Shown here: positions 19,025-29,064 of the stretch, piece after piece
How positions within the stretch are numbered: the first letter of the stretch is position 1
Layout: every line of letters starts with the position of its first letter
Sequence record: LC494302.1
Direction: 5' to 3' (one strand)
Length of the DNA stretch: 64,000 bases
Translations under genes and position numbers: made by a program
Notes under the pieces: generated by a model
What the model was told of the DNA's origin: nothing
The model's input: only the letters and a program-made list of their open reading frames with translations
Database searches by the model: none

Positions 19025-19631
19025 CAGTGCATATGTAATCGGTATTATTATTTCTGGTATGCTTGCATATAACTATAACAGAAGTGTTCTAGGTTATGTA
19101 GTACTTGGTACAGTACTAAGTCCAGTGATTGCCATTGGTCTTCTTGTTATGCTAGGTGAGAAAAATACAAGCTTCTTTATTACTAAAGAACTTGATAAAA
19201 TCACTCCAGCACCAGAAACAGTTATTCCAGAAGTTAAAGAAGAAGTTAAAGAAGTTGAAGTTCAAATGCAAGTTAAAGTGTATAATACACTTGAAGAAAC
19301 TGATCCTAAAGTTGTAGTGAATGTAGTTCCAGTAGTTGAAGATGTGAAACCAAAAGCTCCTAAAGTACAGAAAAATACTAAAACTGCAAAGAAAGCTCGT
19401 TACACTAAAGGTAAGAACAAAGGTAAATCTAAGGATGAACCACAACTAGGTGTTCATGACCATACTGCACAAATTGCAACGGCAGCGACCGCAGCAGCAA
19501 TCGTAACATCACCAATCTACAACAATGATGATTACAGTGATTATAGCCGTCACAGCAGTTCTTCCTCTGATTCTTGTTCCTATGATAGCTCTAGTTCTGA
19601 TTCAAGTTCATCGTCTGGAAGTTGTGATTAA
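19002..19631 (+). CDS. membrane protein with Ser/Asp-rich tail
   Basis: two N-terminal hydrophobic segments; C-terminus SSSSSDSCSYDSSSSDSSSSSGSCD. Confidence 0.8.
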   Translation: MLTPIILSSAYVIGIIISGMLAYNYNRSVLGYVVLGTVLSPVIAIGLLVMLGEKNTSFFITKELDKITPAPETVIPEVKEEVKEVEVQMQVKVYNTLEETDPKVVVNVVPVVEDVKPKAPKVQKNTKTAKKARYTKGKNKGKSKDEPQLGVHDHTAQIATAATAAAIVTSPIYNNDDYSDYSRHSSSSSDSCSYDSSSSDSSSSSGSCD

Positions 19632-19966
19632 TGTCAATGAAACCACTAATTCAACATAATATTTTTTATAGGTCATTATTCAAAATTCAAGATGATTTTT
19701 ATCAGACGTTGAGTAATGATCTTATAGGTAAAACTGTACGATATTCGGAACAATACATCAAACGTATGACAAGTCAGTATATTGACCCTGAATACGAATA
19801 CGAATACGACATTGAACACATTAATCCCAATACTAGAATGAAAATCATTGAGATATTTAAGAATGGGAGAACTATAGGTGCTGAAATTGAGTACTTGAAT
19901 TGTGATTGTTACATAGATACAGAGTTGAGTTTGGATTATCTTGTTTTAGTGGATGATGAGGAATAA
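19631..19966 (+). CDS. small hypothetical protein (helix plus beta-rich family)
   Basis: SNDLIGKTVRY. Confidence 0.72.
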   Translation: MSMKPLIQHNIFYRSLFKIQDDFYQTLSNDLIGKTVRYSEQYIKRMTSQYIDPEYEYEYDIEHINPNTRMKIIEIFKNGRTIGAEIEYLNCDCYIDTELSLDYLVLVDDEE

Positions 19967-19968
19967 TT

Positions 19969-20184
19969 ATGATAACATTTTTTGCAATATATGGATTTGT
20001 AGCATTTGTTACATTTATAACCAACTTTCTAGTACTCAATTGGGGTTGTTTTAAAGATGAAATCATGATTATCATGAATCTCCAAACAGCAGCACTGATG
20101 GCTATTATTTGGCCTATAACGTTAGTATATATTTTTATTTCACTTACCCAAGATATTATTAACAAATATAAGAGAAAGAAATAA
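19969..20184 (+). CDS. small membrane protein
   Basis: two hydrophobic segments with a WP motif. Confidence 0.7.
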   Translation: MITFFAIYGFVAFVTFITNFLVLNWGCFKDEIMIIMNLQTAALMAIIWPITLVYIFISLTQDIINKYKRKK

Positions 20185-20435
20185 TGTTCAACACTGACTT
20201 ATCACATTTGCGATATCTTATGTCTTTGGCTGATGATTTTATAAATGATCTGAAGCCAAAATATATTGGTCAAGAAGTACGATTAATAAACTCCAGAGGG
20301 TATGGAAAGTATATTATTACTGATATGTATATTAGTGGTGGTGAATGGCGTTTTAAAATTAATACTTATCTTAAAGATGGTTCTTTTGCTGGAACACAAG
20401 TTACTAAACACACTAATATTATATGGTTGGAGTAA
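20184..20435 (+). CDS. small hypothetical protein (helix plus beta-rich family)
   Basis: DLKPKYIGQEVRL. Confidence 0.75.
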   Translation: MFNTDLSHLRYLMSLADDFINDLKPKYIGQEVRLINSRGYGKYIITDMYISGGEWRFKINTYLKDGSFAGTQVTKHTNIIWLE

Positions 20436-20437
20436 TA

Positions 20438-21181
20438 ATGAAACACTTCTTAGAAGTAACCGTACCTGATGATAAAGATTTATACATTGTAGGTGATTTG
20501 CATGGTAATGGTAAACTATGGGATGCTACAGTGAAAGAATTTGGTATTACACACAATGATTATGTTTTCAGTGTAGGTGATATTATCGACCGTGGAGAAC
20601 AAAATTCAAAGCTCCTTTTTGAATTTTTGTTCGGAGAAAATCGTTACATGATTGCGGGTAATCATGAGATGATGTGCGTTGATTCGGAAACACTTCGAGA
20701 TTGGTATCATTGTTGGATAAGTAATGGTGGTGATAAATTCCTTGATGAAGTTGGAGGAACAGGCATTCAATTCTTTCGTCAGTACTTAAAGGATCTCCCT
20801 ATGATTATCCAAATCAATCACCGAGGATTGAAGATTGGGTTAGTTCATGCTGGAGTTCCGTTGGAATATACAACATGGGAACGATTTGTTAATGGGACAA
20901 AATCACTTAGTGCTGATATAATTGATAAGTGCTTGTGGGATAGAAAAACATTCGATTATTGTAGAACTAATAATACATATTATGCACCTAAGTTAGATGG
21001 AGTGCATTGTGTCTTTAGTGGACATACAGCAGTTACAGACCCACTCATTTACGGTAATCGTATTTGGATTGATAGTCAGTTCTTGACGGGTGACTTAACT
21101 CTCGCTACTCCACAAAGTGGTGGGATGAGATACTTACGTAAAGAAAAAGATGAGTACTCATTCAATCGTTTCAAAAGGTAA
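20438..21181 (+). CDS. Ser/Thr protein phosphatase (PPP/NinI-like metallophosphoesterase)
   Basis: GDLHG, GDIIDRG, GNHE, HAG, LWDR, GHT motifs. Confidence 0.92.
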   Translation: MKHFLEVTVPDDKDLYIVGDLHGNGKLWDATVKEFGITHNDYVFSVGDIIDRGEQNSKLLFEFLFGENRYMIAGNHEMMCVDSETLRDWYHCWISNGGDKFLDEVGGTGIQFFRQYLKDLPMIIQINHRGLKIGLVHAGVPLEYTTWERFVNGTKSLSADIIDKCLWDRKTFDYCRTNNTYYAPKLDGVHCVFSGHTAVTDPLIYGNRIWIDSQFLTGDLTLATPQSGGMRYLRKEKDEYSFNRFKR

Positions 21182-21186
21182 TAATT

Positions 21187-21456
21187 ATGCATGATGTAGT
21201 TAAAAAATATTTGAATGATAGATATATTATGAAAAAATCTATTAATTCTATCCTAAAAGACCATGCAAATCAAATACGTGAGATTCTATCAAATAAACTT
21301 ATTGGTTGTTCAGTTGAGTTCAACTACAAAAAGAATGTCGTGAAGATTGGAGTTATTAAACGTGTAGTTGCTGTTTATGACCAAGATGTATATGTTGAAA
21401 TAGAATATGATGGTAAATTATCACAATTAAGTACTGAAGATTTAACATTTTTATAA
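21187..21456 (+). CDS. small hypothetical protein (helix plus beta-rich family)
   Basis: SNKLIGCSVEF. Confidence 0.72.
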   Translation: MHDVVKKYLNDRYIMKKSINSILKDHANQIREILSNKLIGCSVEFNYKKNVVKIGVIKRVVAVYDQDVYVEIEYDGKLSQLSTEDLTFL

Positions 21457-21466
21457 GGAAATAGAA

Positions 21467-21694
21467 ATGAAAGTAATTCAAGTTATGGTAGAAAAATACC
21501 AAACTGAAGATGGTCGTATTTTTGATTCAGCTAAACAAGCTGAACACCATGAACGTATTATTTCTGGTGCACGTAAAGTATGTCCTACATGTAATGGAAC
21601 ACAACAAGTACCGTCAGAAGATTACCGCAGCTTTTATGCTTGTCCACACTGTGATGGGAAAGGCTACGTAGAAAAACAAGAGGTATGGAAATGA
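21467..21694 (+). CDS. small zinc-finger protein (DnaJ-type CxxCxGxG)
   Basis: CPTCNGT ... CPHCDGKG. Confidence 0.78.
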   Translation: MKVIQVMVEKYQTEDGRIFDSAKQAEHHERIISGARKVCPTCNGTQQVPSEDYRSFYACPHCDGKGYVEKQEVWK

Positions 21695-22104
21695 AATTGT
21701 ATTGCTTAACTAATATGTACTGCCAAGGTGTCCAAGCTGGTATTCAAGCATTCCATGCTGGTGTTAAACTAATTAAAGAATATGAAGGTACTGCTTTCAG
21801 TACTATTATTGATGAATGGTACTATGAACACGAAACTATTGTAGTACTAAATGCTGGTGGTCATGATAAGTTAAATTCTTATTATAACAACCTTAGCAAA
21901 CAGGGAAAAGTTCCGTTTGCCAAATTCAATGAAGCTGGATTGAATGATGCTATTACCTGTGTAGCAGTACTGTGTACGTCTGAAATGATTGAAGACATGG
22001 CTGTTATGCGTATGAATCTTCCTGCTGGTGATCAACTAATGCAAGTAAAATATGGTGCATTGTTTGACACATTAAAAGCAATCAGCACAATGAGGACCAT
22101 TTGA
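21691..22104 (+). CDS. peptidyl-tRNA hydrolase 2-like phage protein
   Basis: QAGIQAFHA, W....ETIVVLNAGG, FNE..LNDAITCVAV, matching the recalled PTH2-fold pattern. Confidence 0.65.
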   Translation: MKLYCLTNMYCQGVQAGIQAFHAGVKLIKEYEGTAFSTIIDEWYYEHETIVVLNAGGHDKLNSYYNNLSKQGKVPFAKFNEAGLNDAITCVAVLCTSEMIEDMAVMRMNLPAGDQLMQVKYGALFDTLKAISTMRTI

Positions 22105-23303
22105 TGGATTTTCCAGAGAAGTTATTTGTTGCACGTTCCTATGTAAACCACAACCAAGTTGATGGTTTTATTATCGATGCAACAAAATCACATACAAAAG
22201 CGTTTGAAACAAAGAAAGAGAGAGCAGAGTACTGGGCAAAGAAGAACAATCTTCCATCGTTATATATTGACAACGTTCCAACCACGGGATTTTGTGTAGT
22301 TGATAAATTAACAACTCATGCACGAGAAACATATTTCACGATCCGTCACCCAGAAGGATTTGAATTTATGATTAGTGCAAAAAACATGAATGATTTAATT
22401 ATCAATAACGATATAATCAAAGGTGTTTTTGTAGACCCAATGTTTTTCAACAATAACTTAGAATTAATTAATGGTAAAACAAAAACGTTTGCTAAGTTAG
22501 TTGAAAAAGAAAATAAAAAAGAACAACAAAAAGAAACTGTAGCAGGTCTTAAAGTTGGTGATGGTTTCACTTATCTTAAAGAAGATTACTATTACTGCGG
22601 TAAAGTACATGCAATTTGTATAAAGAAAACTAAAGAATTTGCATATCCCGACAAAAGTTCAGTTTATCATTTACTTTTTAACAGTACTCGTGGAACTTAT
22701 GCATTGAATCAACGTTTGGATAATTACAATCTTGAACCTCGTGCACTCTTGAATAAGAAGACTACGGCAGATGAAGAAATTAAACTTGCTAATGAATTTT
22801 GGCAAAGCTATAGAACAAACAGACATAACCCATTAGGTGAATCTAACATTCCAGTACTGGTACACAATAAATCATTTAAAGCAAAAGACCTTAAAATTAA
22901 ATACGAAGAAATAAATGTTGATGATCTTATGAATAATGGACGTTTCAACGAGAACGTACCATTTATGACTAAAGATAATGAACAAACATATCGCGTATTT
23001 TTTGGTGTAAGTAATAATACAACGCGTAGTTATTATGGGCGTAGTGGAGATTATAATATCCATTATAATGATAAATTTGAACGCTTTAGTGCATATCCAG
23101 TTCAAATTGATGATAATGGGATTATGGTAATGGATGTTGATATTAATGAACACTCATCATTTAGTACATGGAATGGCTATCGTTCCCCATTCTTCCCACC
23201 AAATGAACGCAAAACATCAAGCACTCGTTACTACCAAGACAAACCATGTCACGTCCAACTATCAATTAGTAATCCACTTTATATTGGAAAGTATTATCTA
23301 TAA
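22101..23303 (+). CDS. hypothetical protein
   Basis: 400 aa; RHPEGFEFMISAKNM. Confidence 0.8.
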   Translation: MMDFPEKLFVARSYVNHNQVDGFIIDATKSHTKAFETKKERAEYWAKKNNLPSLYIDNVPTTGFCVVDKLTTHARETYFTIRHPEGFEFMISAKNMNDLIINNDIIKGVFVDPMFFNNNLELINGKTKTFAKLVEKENKKEQQKETVAGLKVGDGFTYLKEDYYYCGKVHAICIKKTKEFAYPDKSSVYHLLFNSTRGTYALNQRLDNYNLEPRALLNKKTTADEEIKLANEFWQSYRTNRHNPLGESNIPVLVHNKSFKAKDLKIKYEEINVDDLMNNGRFNENVPFMTKDNEQTYRVFFGVSNNTTRSYYGRSGDYNIHYNDKFERFSAYPVQIDDNGIMVMDVDINEHSSFSTWNGYRSPFFPPNERKTSSTRYYQDKPCHVQLSISNPLYIGKYYL

Positions 23304-23314
23304 AGGAATATACA

Positions 23315-24733
23315 ATGAGCATTTTAGCAATTCTTGAAAGCATTAAAAATACTAGCAGTACACTAGGCAAAAAGGCTATTCTTGAACAAAATAAAGATAA
23401 TGTAACTTTACAAAAAGTACTGAAATATACTCTAGACCCTTCTATCGTAAGTGGCTATAAGAAGCTCCCTGACGCTGATGACGTATATCAACATATGACG
23501 TTAGATGAAGCAATTGATAAGTTAGAATGCATTTACAAGCGTGATGTGACAGGAAATGCGGGGCGTGATTTCATTGCTTCAGTACTGGGTTCAGTATCAG
23601 AAGATGATCAAGAAGTTCTCCGTAAAATGCTTACTAAAAACCTTGATTGTGGTATTCAAGAAAAGAACTGCAATGATGTATTTGGTAAAGGCTTTATTAA
23701 AGACGAACCATATATGCGTTGTTCTTTGATTGACAAAAAGACTGCAAAGAACATCAACTTCAAAGATTATGGTTACGCTATATCAGAAGTGAAAATGGAT
23801 GGTCAGTACTTGAACCACGTTGTCATTAATGGTTCATTAACTTCTACATCCCGTAATGGTAAACTATACGACTTCCTGGGTTGTCGTGATGGTGAGATGG
23901 CAGGTCTTGCTCACATCATCCAAAGTAAAGATGAACGTTTTAGTAGTGGTGTGGTCTTTATGGGGGAAGGTGTAGTACTGGACAATGATGGAGAAACCAT
24001 TCTCCCACGCACTACTGGCAACGGTATAATTCAGAAAGCTGGTAAAGATAGCATCAGTCAGAATGAAGCAATGCGTACTGTATTCGTTCTATGGGATGTT
24101 GTTCCATATGATGCATTTTGTGAAGGTGTATGGGATGTAAAACGTAAAGAACGTCGCGAGATCTTAGTAGATGCAATTAACGAACTCAATAGTGATTTTG
24201 TTCGTATGGTTGGATTCCGTAAAGTTCTAAACATTAAAGAAGCATTTGAGTACAATAGTGAACTAATGAACGAAGGTGAAGAGGGTTCAGTACTGAAATG
24301 TGAAGATGGTATCTGGAAATCTCATACTTCACCTAAGCAGTTGAAAATGAAATTGAAAATGCAACTGGACTTACGTATTGTTGGTTTCAATGAAGGTGAA
24401 GGTAAACGTAAAGGAAGCCTAGGTTCTTTACAACTGGAAAGTGCTTGTGGTTCATTGAAAGTTAATGTGGGTACTGGTATCAAAGAGAAAGATGCTGAAT
24501 GGACATTTAAAACCATTTGGGAAAGAATGCAAGAACTTATTGGTAAAGTGGTTACAGTTGAGTGTAATGACATTGTATTCGACAAGCGTACTGGTGAGCC
24601 ATCACTGTTCTTACCAGTGTTTATTGAATTTAGATTTGACAAAAACACTTGTGATGATTATACTCGTATCTTAGAAATTCGTGAGAGTGCAGTTGAAGTG
24701 TTCTCAAACAGTATTATTGACGCATTAGGTTAA
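23315..24733 (+). CDS. ATP-dependent DNA ligase (T4 gp30-like)
   Basis: SEVKMDG, MGEG, LWDVV, EGSVLK, KMKLK, VTVECN, LFLPVF.EFRFDK. Confidence 0.95.
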   Translation: MSILAILESIKNTSSTLGKKAILEQNKDNVTLQKVLKYTLDPSIVSGYKKLPDADDVYQHMTLDEAIDKLECIYKRDVTGNAGRDFIASVLGSVSEDDQEVLRKMLTKNLDCGIQEKNCNDVFGKGFIKDEPYMRCSLIDKKTAKNINFKDYGYAISEVKMDGQYLNHVVINGSLTSTSRNGKLYDFLGCRDGEMAGLAHIIQSKDERFSSGVVFMGEGVVLDNDGETILPRTTGNGIIQKAGKDSISQNEAMRTVFVLWDVVPYDAFCEGVWDVKRKERREILVDAINELNSDFVRMVGFRKVLNIKEAFEYNSELMNEGEEGSVLKCEDGIWKSHTSPKQLKMKLKMQLDLRIVGFNEGEGKRKGSLGSLQLESACGSLKVNVGTGIKEKDAEWTFKTIWERMQELIGKVVTVECNDIVFDKRTGEPSLFLPVFIEFRFDKNTCDDYTRILEIRESAVEVFSNSIIDALG

Positions 24734-24752
24734 CCATTTATTGGAGGTAATT

Positions 24753-25544
24753 ATGAAATTTGTTGTAACATCTGATGTACACGGTGGGACTGATTACCTC
24801 CATAGTGGTGATTACAGTGATACAGTACTGATTATTGCTGGGGACTTCGATGAAGTTAAACGCAGTCGTTACCGTACTGGTATAGAATCACTATGTAAGC
24901 AGTTTAAGAATGTAGTACTGGTTCCTGGCAATCATGAATATTATGGTTCCAATATCCACAAAACGCATAAAGTACTGTCCGATATGCAAGATGAGATTCC
25001 AAATTTCATCTTTTTGCAAAACAAATTTGTATGGCTGGATGGAGTACTGCTTGTTGGTAGTACTCTGTGGACAGACTTCGATAAAGGTAATTCTTTGACG
25101 AAGTTTGATGCTTGTCAGAAGATGAACGATTACAAACATATCCGTCATGGAACAACATCAGAGCCTTGGCGTAAGAAACTGACACCAGATGATACTGAGT
25201 TTATGCATCACAAAGATAAACAATTTATCAAAAATTCTATTGACACAGTTCGCTTTATGCATGATAATGATTTCAAGGTCATCGTGGTTACCCATCACGC
25301 ACCAAGTTATCAAAGTGTTTCACCAAAATATAAAAATGATTCACTGAATGGTTGTTACTGTTCCGATATGGATCAGTACATTGAAGATTTGGGTGCTGAT
25401 GTTTGGATTCATGGACATGTTCATAGTAGCTTTGACTACCACATTGGTAAGACACGTATCATTTGTAATCCAAGAGGCTATGAATCATACAGTGGAGCTT
25501 GTGAGAATTTTGATTACAATCCTAAATTTGTATTTGAAATTTAA
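24753..25544 (+). CDS. calcineurin-like metallophosphoesterase
   Basis: SDVH, AGD, PGNHEYY, THHAP, HGHVH, CNPRGY. Confidence 0.92.
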   Translation: MKFVVTSDVHGGTDYLHSGDYSDTVLIIAGDFDEVKRSRYRTGIESLCKQFKNVVLVPGNHEYYGSNIHKTHKVLSDMQDEIPNFIFLQNKFVWLDGVLLVGSTLWTDFDKGNSLTKFDACQKMNDYKHIRHGTTSEPWRKKLTPDDTEFMHHKDKQFIKNSIDTVRFMHDNDFKVIVVTHHAPSYQSVSPKYKNDSLNGCYCSDMDQYIEDLGADVWIHGHVHSSFDYHIGKTRIICNPRGYESYSGACENFDYNPKFVFEI

Positions 25545-25556
25545 TGAGAGGATATT

Positions 25557-25940
25557 GTGTCATTAATTTATTTTGAACTACCAGAATATACCAATTATCC
25601 AAGCCGAGTTATTTGCTCAGTTTATAGTAATGCATATCATCACTTGTTAGTGAATAGTAATAAAGCTGTGCATTATTATCGAAATAAAGAACCACGTACA
25701 TTAAAGAATCGTTATGGGTTTGACCCAACTAACACTGAAGTTGAACTCTGTGATCTGTTCGGGGAAGTAATGGTGGTGTTGAAACGAGATATTCATCTTT
25801 TCCATACATACAAACTTAATCAGTACTTTATGGAAACACTGTCTATACGTTCCCATGCTCCGATGATTAAAGTTGATTTGAATTATGTTGATGATAAATT
25901 GAAATATGATTTCATTAATTCACTTGTTTATTTGGAGTAA
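25557..25940 (+). CDS. hypothetical protein
   Basis: 127 aa; GAGG SD. Confidence 0.7.
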   Translation: MSLIYFELPEYTNYPSRVICSVYSNAYHHLLVNSNKAVHYYRNKEPRTLKNRYGFDPTNTEVELCDLFGEVMVVLKRDIHLFHTYKLNQYFMETLSIRSHAPMIKVDLNYVDDKLKYDFINSLVYLE

Positions 25941-25941
25941 T

Positions 25942-26346
25942 ATGAATATACGTTCAGTACGAATATTTTCATTTGTTGATATGAATAAAAAACACTCTTA
26001 TGTTTTTGAAAATGTCAATAAGTTAAATCCTCATACGGCAAAAATGATTGAAACCATGAAGAACTTGAGTTTACATATAGAAGTTTACTATCTTCATGAC
26101 GATTCTGTTTATGTATATGATGATGGATGGTATGACGGTGTGTTTTATGATGACATTAGCACTACTGCTGATTACTACTTTCTAGTGAGTAATCCACTAT
26201 TCAGTACTAAAACTTTGTTTGACATTACCGATACAAGCGTGTATGATACAAGTCATGTTGAGTTACTTAAGTTTGATCCAGTATTATTCAACAAAGAGAC
26301 GGCGTATTGGATGACTGATTTCTTTTCAAATATTCCAGTAAAATAG
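25942..26346 (+). CDS. hypothetical protein
   Basis: GGAG SD; start reassigned. Confidence 0.7.
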   Translation: MNIRSVRIFSFVDMNKKHSYVFENVNKLNPHTAKMIETMKNLSLHIEVYYLHDDSVYVYDDGWYDGVFYDDISTTADYYFLVSNPLFSTKTLFDITDTSVYDTSHVELLKFDPVLFNKETAYWMTDFFSNIPVK

Positions 26347-26348
26347 TT

Positions 26349-26376
26349 TGGACATTTTAAATCTTAGTGATATAAT
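26349..26376 (+). promoter_or_regulatory. extended -10 promoter (GRACA class) of clpP
   Basis: TGGACA-N16-TATAAT, TGA before the -10. Confidence 0.72.
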
Positions 26377-26410
26377 ACTCACAACAACGAAATAATAGAG
26401 GAAATTAATA

Positions 26411-27106
26411 ATGGTTGAACAATTCATGTTTGGTGGTTATGCTAATGGCGAAGTACGTAACATTTCTATTCCTTACGTAGTTGAGAAAGTTAATGGTTCA
26501 GAACGTACATATGATCTAGCATCTCGTATGATGCAAGACCGTATCATTTTCCTTGATACTGATTTCAATGATCAAATGGCACATATCATCAAACAACAAT
26601 TGGTATGGTTAGACTCACAAGGTGATTCCCCTATTACATTCTACATTAGTTCACCGGGTGGTTCAGTACACGCAGGTTTGGGTATTGCAGACGTTGCTAA
26701 GTCTTGTATTTCGCCAATTCGCACTGTAGTAATGGGCTATGCAGCATCAATGGGTTGCTATACACAATCTGTTATTGGGACTAAAGGTTTCCGTTTAGGT
26801 GGTAAACGCTCATACTTCATGTGTCATCAAGTAAGTTCTGGTACACAAGGTCTAATTACAGACCAGAAGATTTCCCTACAACATTCTGATGCACTGAATA
26901 CATTGTTGACCAAAGAAATTGCAGAAGCTGTAGGTGTATCACATGAACAATTACTAAAAGATGCTGACCGCGATTTGTGGTTAAATGCAGAAGAAGCACT
27001 TGAATATGGTGAACATGGTTTCATTGATGGTATTATTCTTGGACCACGTAACGAAGAAGGCAAGTACTTAGTTAAGCGTCGCGGTGGTGTAGAAGAGTGG
27101 GTGTAA
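26411..27106 (+). CDS. clpP: ATP-dependent Clp protease proteolytic subunit
   Basis: IPYVVE, YDLASRMMQDRIIFL, ISSPGGSV, AASMG (Ser), MCHQ (His), DRDLWLNAEEALEYG (Asp). Confidence 0.93.
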   Translation: MVEQFMFGGYANGEVRNISIPYVVEKVNGSERTYDLASRMMQDRIIFLDTDFNDQMAHIIKQQLVWLDSQGDSPITFYISSPGGSVHAGLGIADVAKSCISPIRTVVMGYAASMGCYTQSVIGTKGFRLGGKRSYFMCHQVSSGTQGLITDQKISLQHSDALNTLLTKEIAEAVGVSHEQLLKDADRDLWLNAEEALEYGEHGFIDGIILGPRNEEGKYLVKRRGGVEEWV

Positions 27107-27154
27107 GATAGATTTTGATGCCTCAATATGGGGCATCATCTTTGTGGAGATTAT

Positions 27155-27445
27155 ATGAAAGTACTAGTACGTAATAATACGGAAGTAGCAAATGTATTAG
27201 AAGATTCCGATTTTATTAATGTTGCGTTCGATCAAATTAGTGCAGTAGCACTTGAATTAAAAAATGTAGATGAATCTGAGCGTGTGCTGAATGGTTTTGC
27301 AATTGTACTTGAATTAATGAAGGAAGTACTAATTAAAAAGAACATTAATCCAGTTGATGCGGTTCAACATGCAGAAGCTGTGCGTAAAGAACACGGTACA
27401 TTCTCTGACAAAAAATACATTCAAACTGATGAGGTAAAAGAATAA
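27155..27445 (+). CDS. hypothetical protein
   Basis: GGAG SD; start reassigned. Confidence 0.75.
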   Translation: MKVLVRNNTEVANVLEDSDFINVAFDQISAVALELKNVDESERVLNGFAIVLELMKEVLIKKNINPVDAVQHAEAVRKEHGTFSDKKYIQTDEVKE

Positions 27446-27446
27446 T

Positions 27447-27893
27447 ATGTCCAATGCACAATATAAAGATGGTTATGACGCATACAAAGCAAAAGTAGTT
27501 CTAAGTGCTGAACAGCTAAAAATGCAGCATCCATTATATCGTCAGGGCTATCGTGCAGCACAAGCAGAAGCAATGAAGAAAAATAATGTAACTTTCCCTA
27601 CTACACTATATGATATTCCAAAACGTCCACACATTTTTAAAGCTGAATGGACTGATATTATGGCAGCGACAAAGCGTCCACGCTTTGCTAAATTACACAC
27701 CGATGAAGGTCGCTGGTTGCTAATGGGGATTATGAAAGCAGTTGAGAATCAATCTCATAAGATTGTTCGTTATAAAGATGTTGTTGCTATGGTTGATAAA
27801 GCATTTGACCTTGTACTTCAATATGGTTATGATGAAGGTGTTCTAACTGTTTCTGATTGTGAAAAATATCAGTACACCCCATATCAAAAATAA
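27447..27893 (+). CDS. hypothetical protein
   Basis: 148 aa ORF. Confidence 0.78.
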   Translation: MSNAQYKDGYDAYKAKVVLSAEQLKMQHPLYRQGYRAAQAEAMKKNNVTFPTTLYDIPKRPHIFKAEWTDIMAATKRPRFAKLHTDEGRWLLMGIMKAVENQSHKIVRYKDVVAMVDKAFDLVLQYGYDEGVLTVSDCEKYQYTPYQK

Positions 27894-27901
27894 TATTGTG
27901 A

Positions 27902-27933
27902 AAAGGAATCCTATCATGGGATTCCTATTTTTA
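27902..27933 (+). terminator. intrinsic terminator
   Basis: AGGAATCC-tatcatg-GGATTCCT plus T-tract. Confidence 0.7.
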
Positions 27934-28013
27934 TTGCTGTATATCAATTTTCCATTGATCATATTTTGATCTATATGAGCTAAATACCCAAGGAATCATT
28001 GTTACTAGGGTAG

Positions 28014-28568
28014 GTGAATATGCAGCAATATAATTTAACTGAAGAACAAAGTGATATTTTTTACCATCATATGTTTTTAATTGATGAATTTGCTTTAAAA
28101 ATTAATTCTGAAGCAATTGATATATTGAAGAAATGGTATAGTTGTTATAATAAAAACAAAAAGTGGTATTGGTTTAATAGAAATATAAAATCATTTCTAA
28201 AAACAATCACATACACTGATAGTATTGAGTTAATACATAGTTCTATTGGATATAGTTACTTAACTAAACACAACAGTACTATGATGTTATCAGGGTTTAA
28301 AGTTGAAAGAATTTCCAAATTAACAGGTTTGTCATTAGAAACAATTCTATATGATATTGAGAAAATTTGGAAAACTATAGAATTAATGCATAAAAATATG
28401 TCATTCATATATAGAAATTATGATATATTCACTGATGTACGACAATATCATAATAAACCGTATGTATTGGATGAAAAGTACTATAATCATATGGAAGTTT
28501 GTTCTAAACTCGTTGATGATTGGAATCTAGAGGGACATAATGAAATACACACACCTAAGTATAGATGA
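28014..28568 (+). CDS. hypothetical protein (paralog of next ORF)
   Basis: YHNKPYVLDE versus YADKPFEINE. Confidence 0.72.
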   Translation: MNMQQYNLTEEQSDIFYHHMFLIDEFALKINSEAIDILKKWYSCYNKNKKWYWFNRNIKSFLKTITYTDSIELIHSSIGYSYLTKHNSTMMLSGFKVERISKLTGLSLETILYDIEKIWKTIELMHKNMSFIYRNYDIFTDVRQYHNKPYVLDEKYYNHMEVCSKLVDDWNLEGHNEIHTPKYR

Positions 28569-29064
28569 TACTAATATCTGGTTAGATAACATAATCAAGA
28601 CATTAGAATTAATTAAACTTACATTACAAAAAACTACTGATATTGAAATTAATATTAAACAAGAAATATTAAACTATTATCATAGAAACAAATATAGCAC
28701 GTTTATCTCTAAATTAATTTATGGATTATATGATATTGAAGATATTTGCATCGGTTACAGTACTGGTATTTGCTTCACAGTTAATGGTTTAAAAAATGAT
28801 TTAAATTTCAGACTTTCCGATGAAGAGCAAGATTTTCGTAGATTTTGTGATAATATTATGGATACAGATAAAATTACATTTGTTATTGAATTAAATCAAA
28901 CGTGGTCTACATATGCAGATAAACCATTTGAAATTAATGAAACAGATGTGTTAAACTATATTCGAGTTATGAAAATTCATGATTTGTGTAAAAACGCATT
29001 GTTAAGTATTGGAGCTTATAATGAAACATACGACTTGGTTGAAGATAGCAGAAGTAGTTGCTGA
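28540..29064 (+). CDS. hypothetical protein
   Basis: 174 aa; GAGG SD. Confidence 0.75.
   Translation: MKYTHLSIDDTNIWLDNIIKTLELIKLTLQKTTDIEINIKQEILNYYHRNKYSTFISKLIYGLYDIEDICIGYSTGICFTVNGLKNDLNFRLSDEEQDFRRFCDNIMDTDKITFVIELNQTWSTYADKPFEINETDVLNYIRVMKIHDLCKNALLSIGAYNETYDLVEDSRSSC

Noticed and set aside
19550-19631. Ser/Asp-rich low-complexity tail as a repeat element
   Set aside because: Protein-level low complexity common in small phage membrane proteins; no DNA periodicity.
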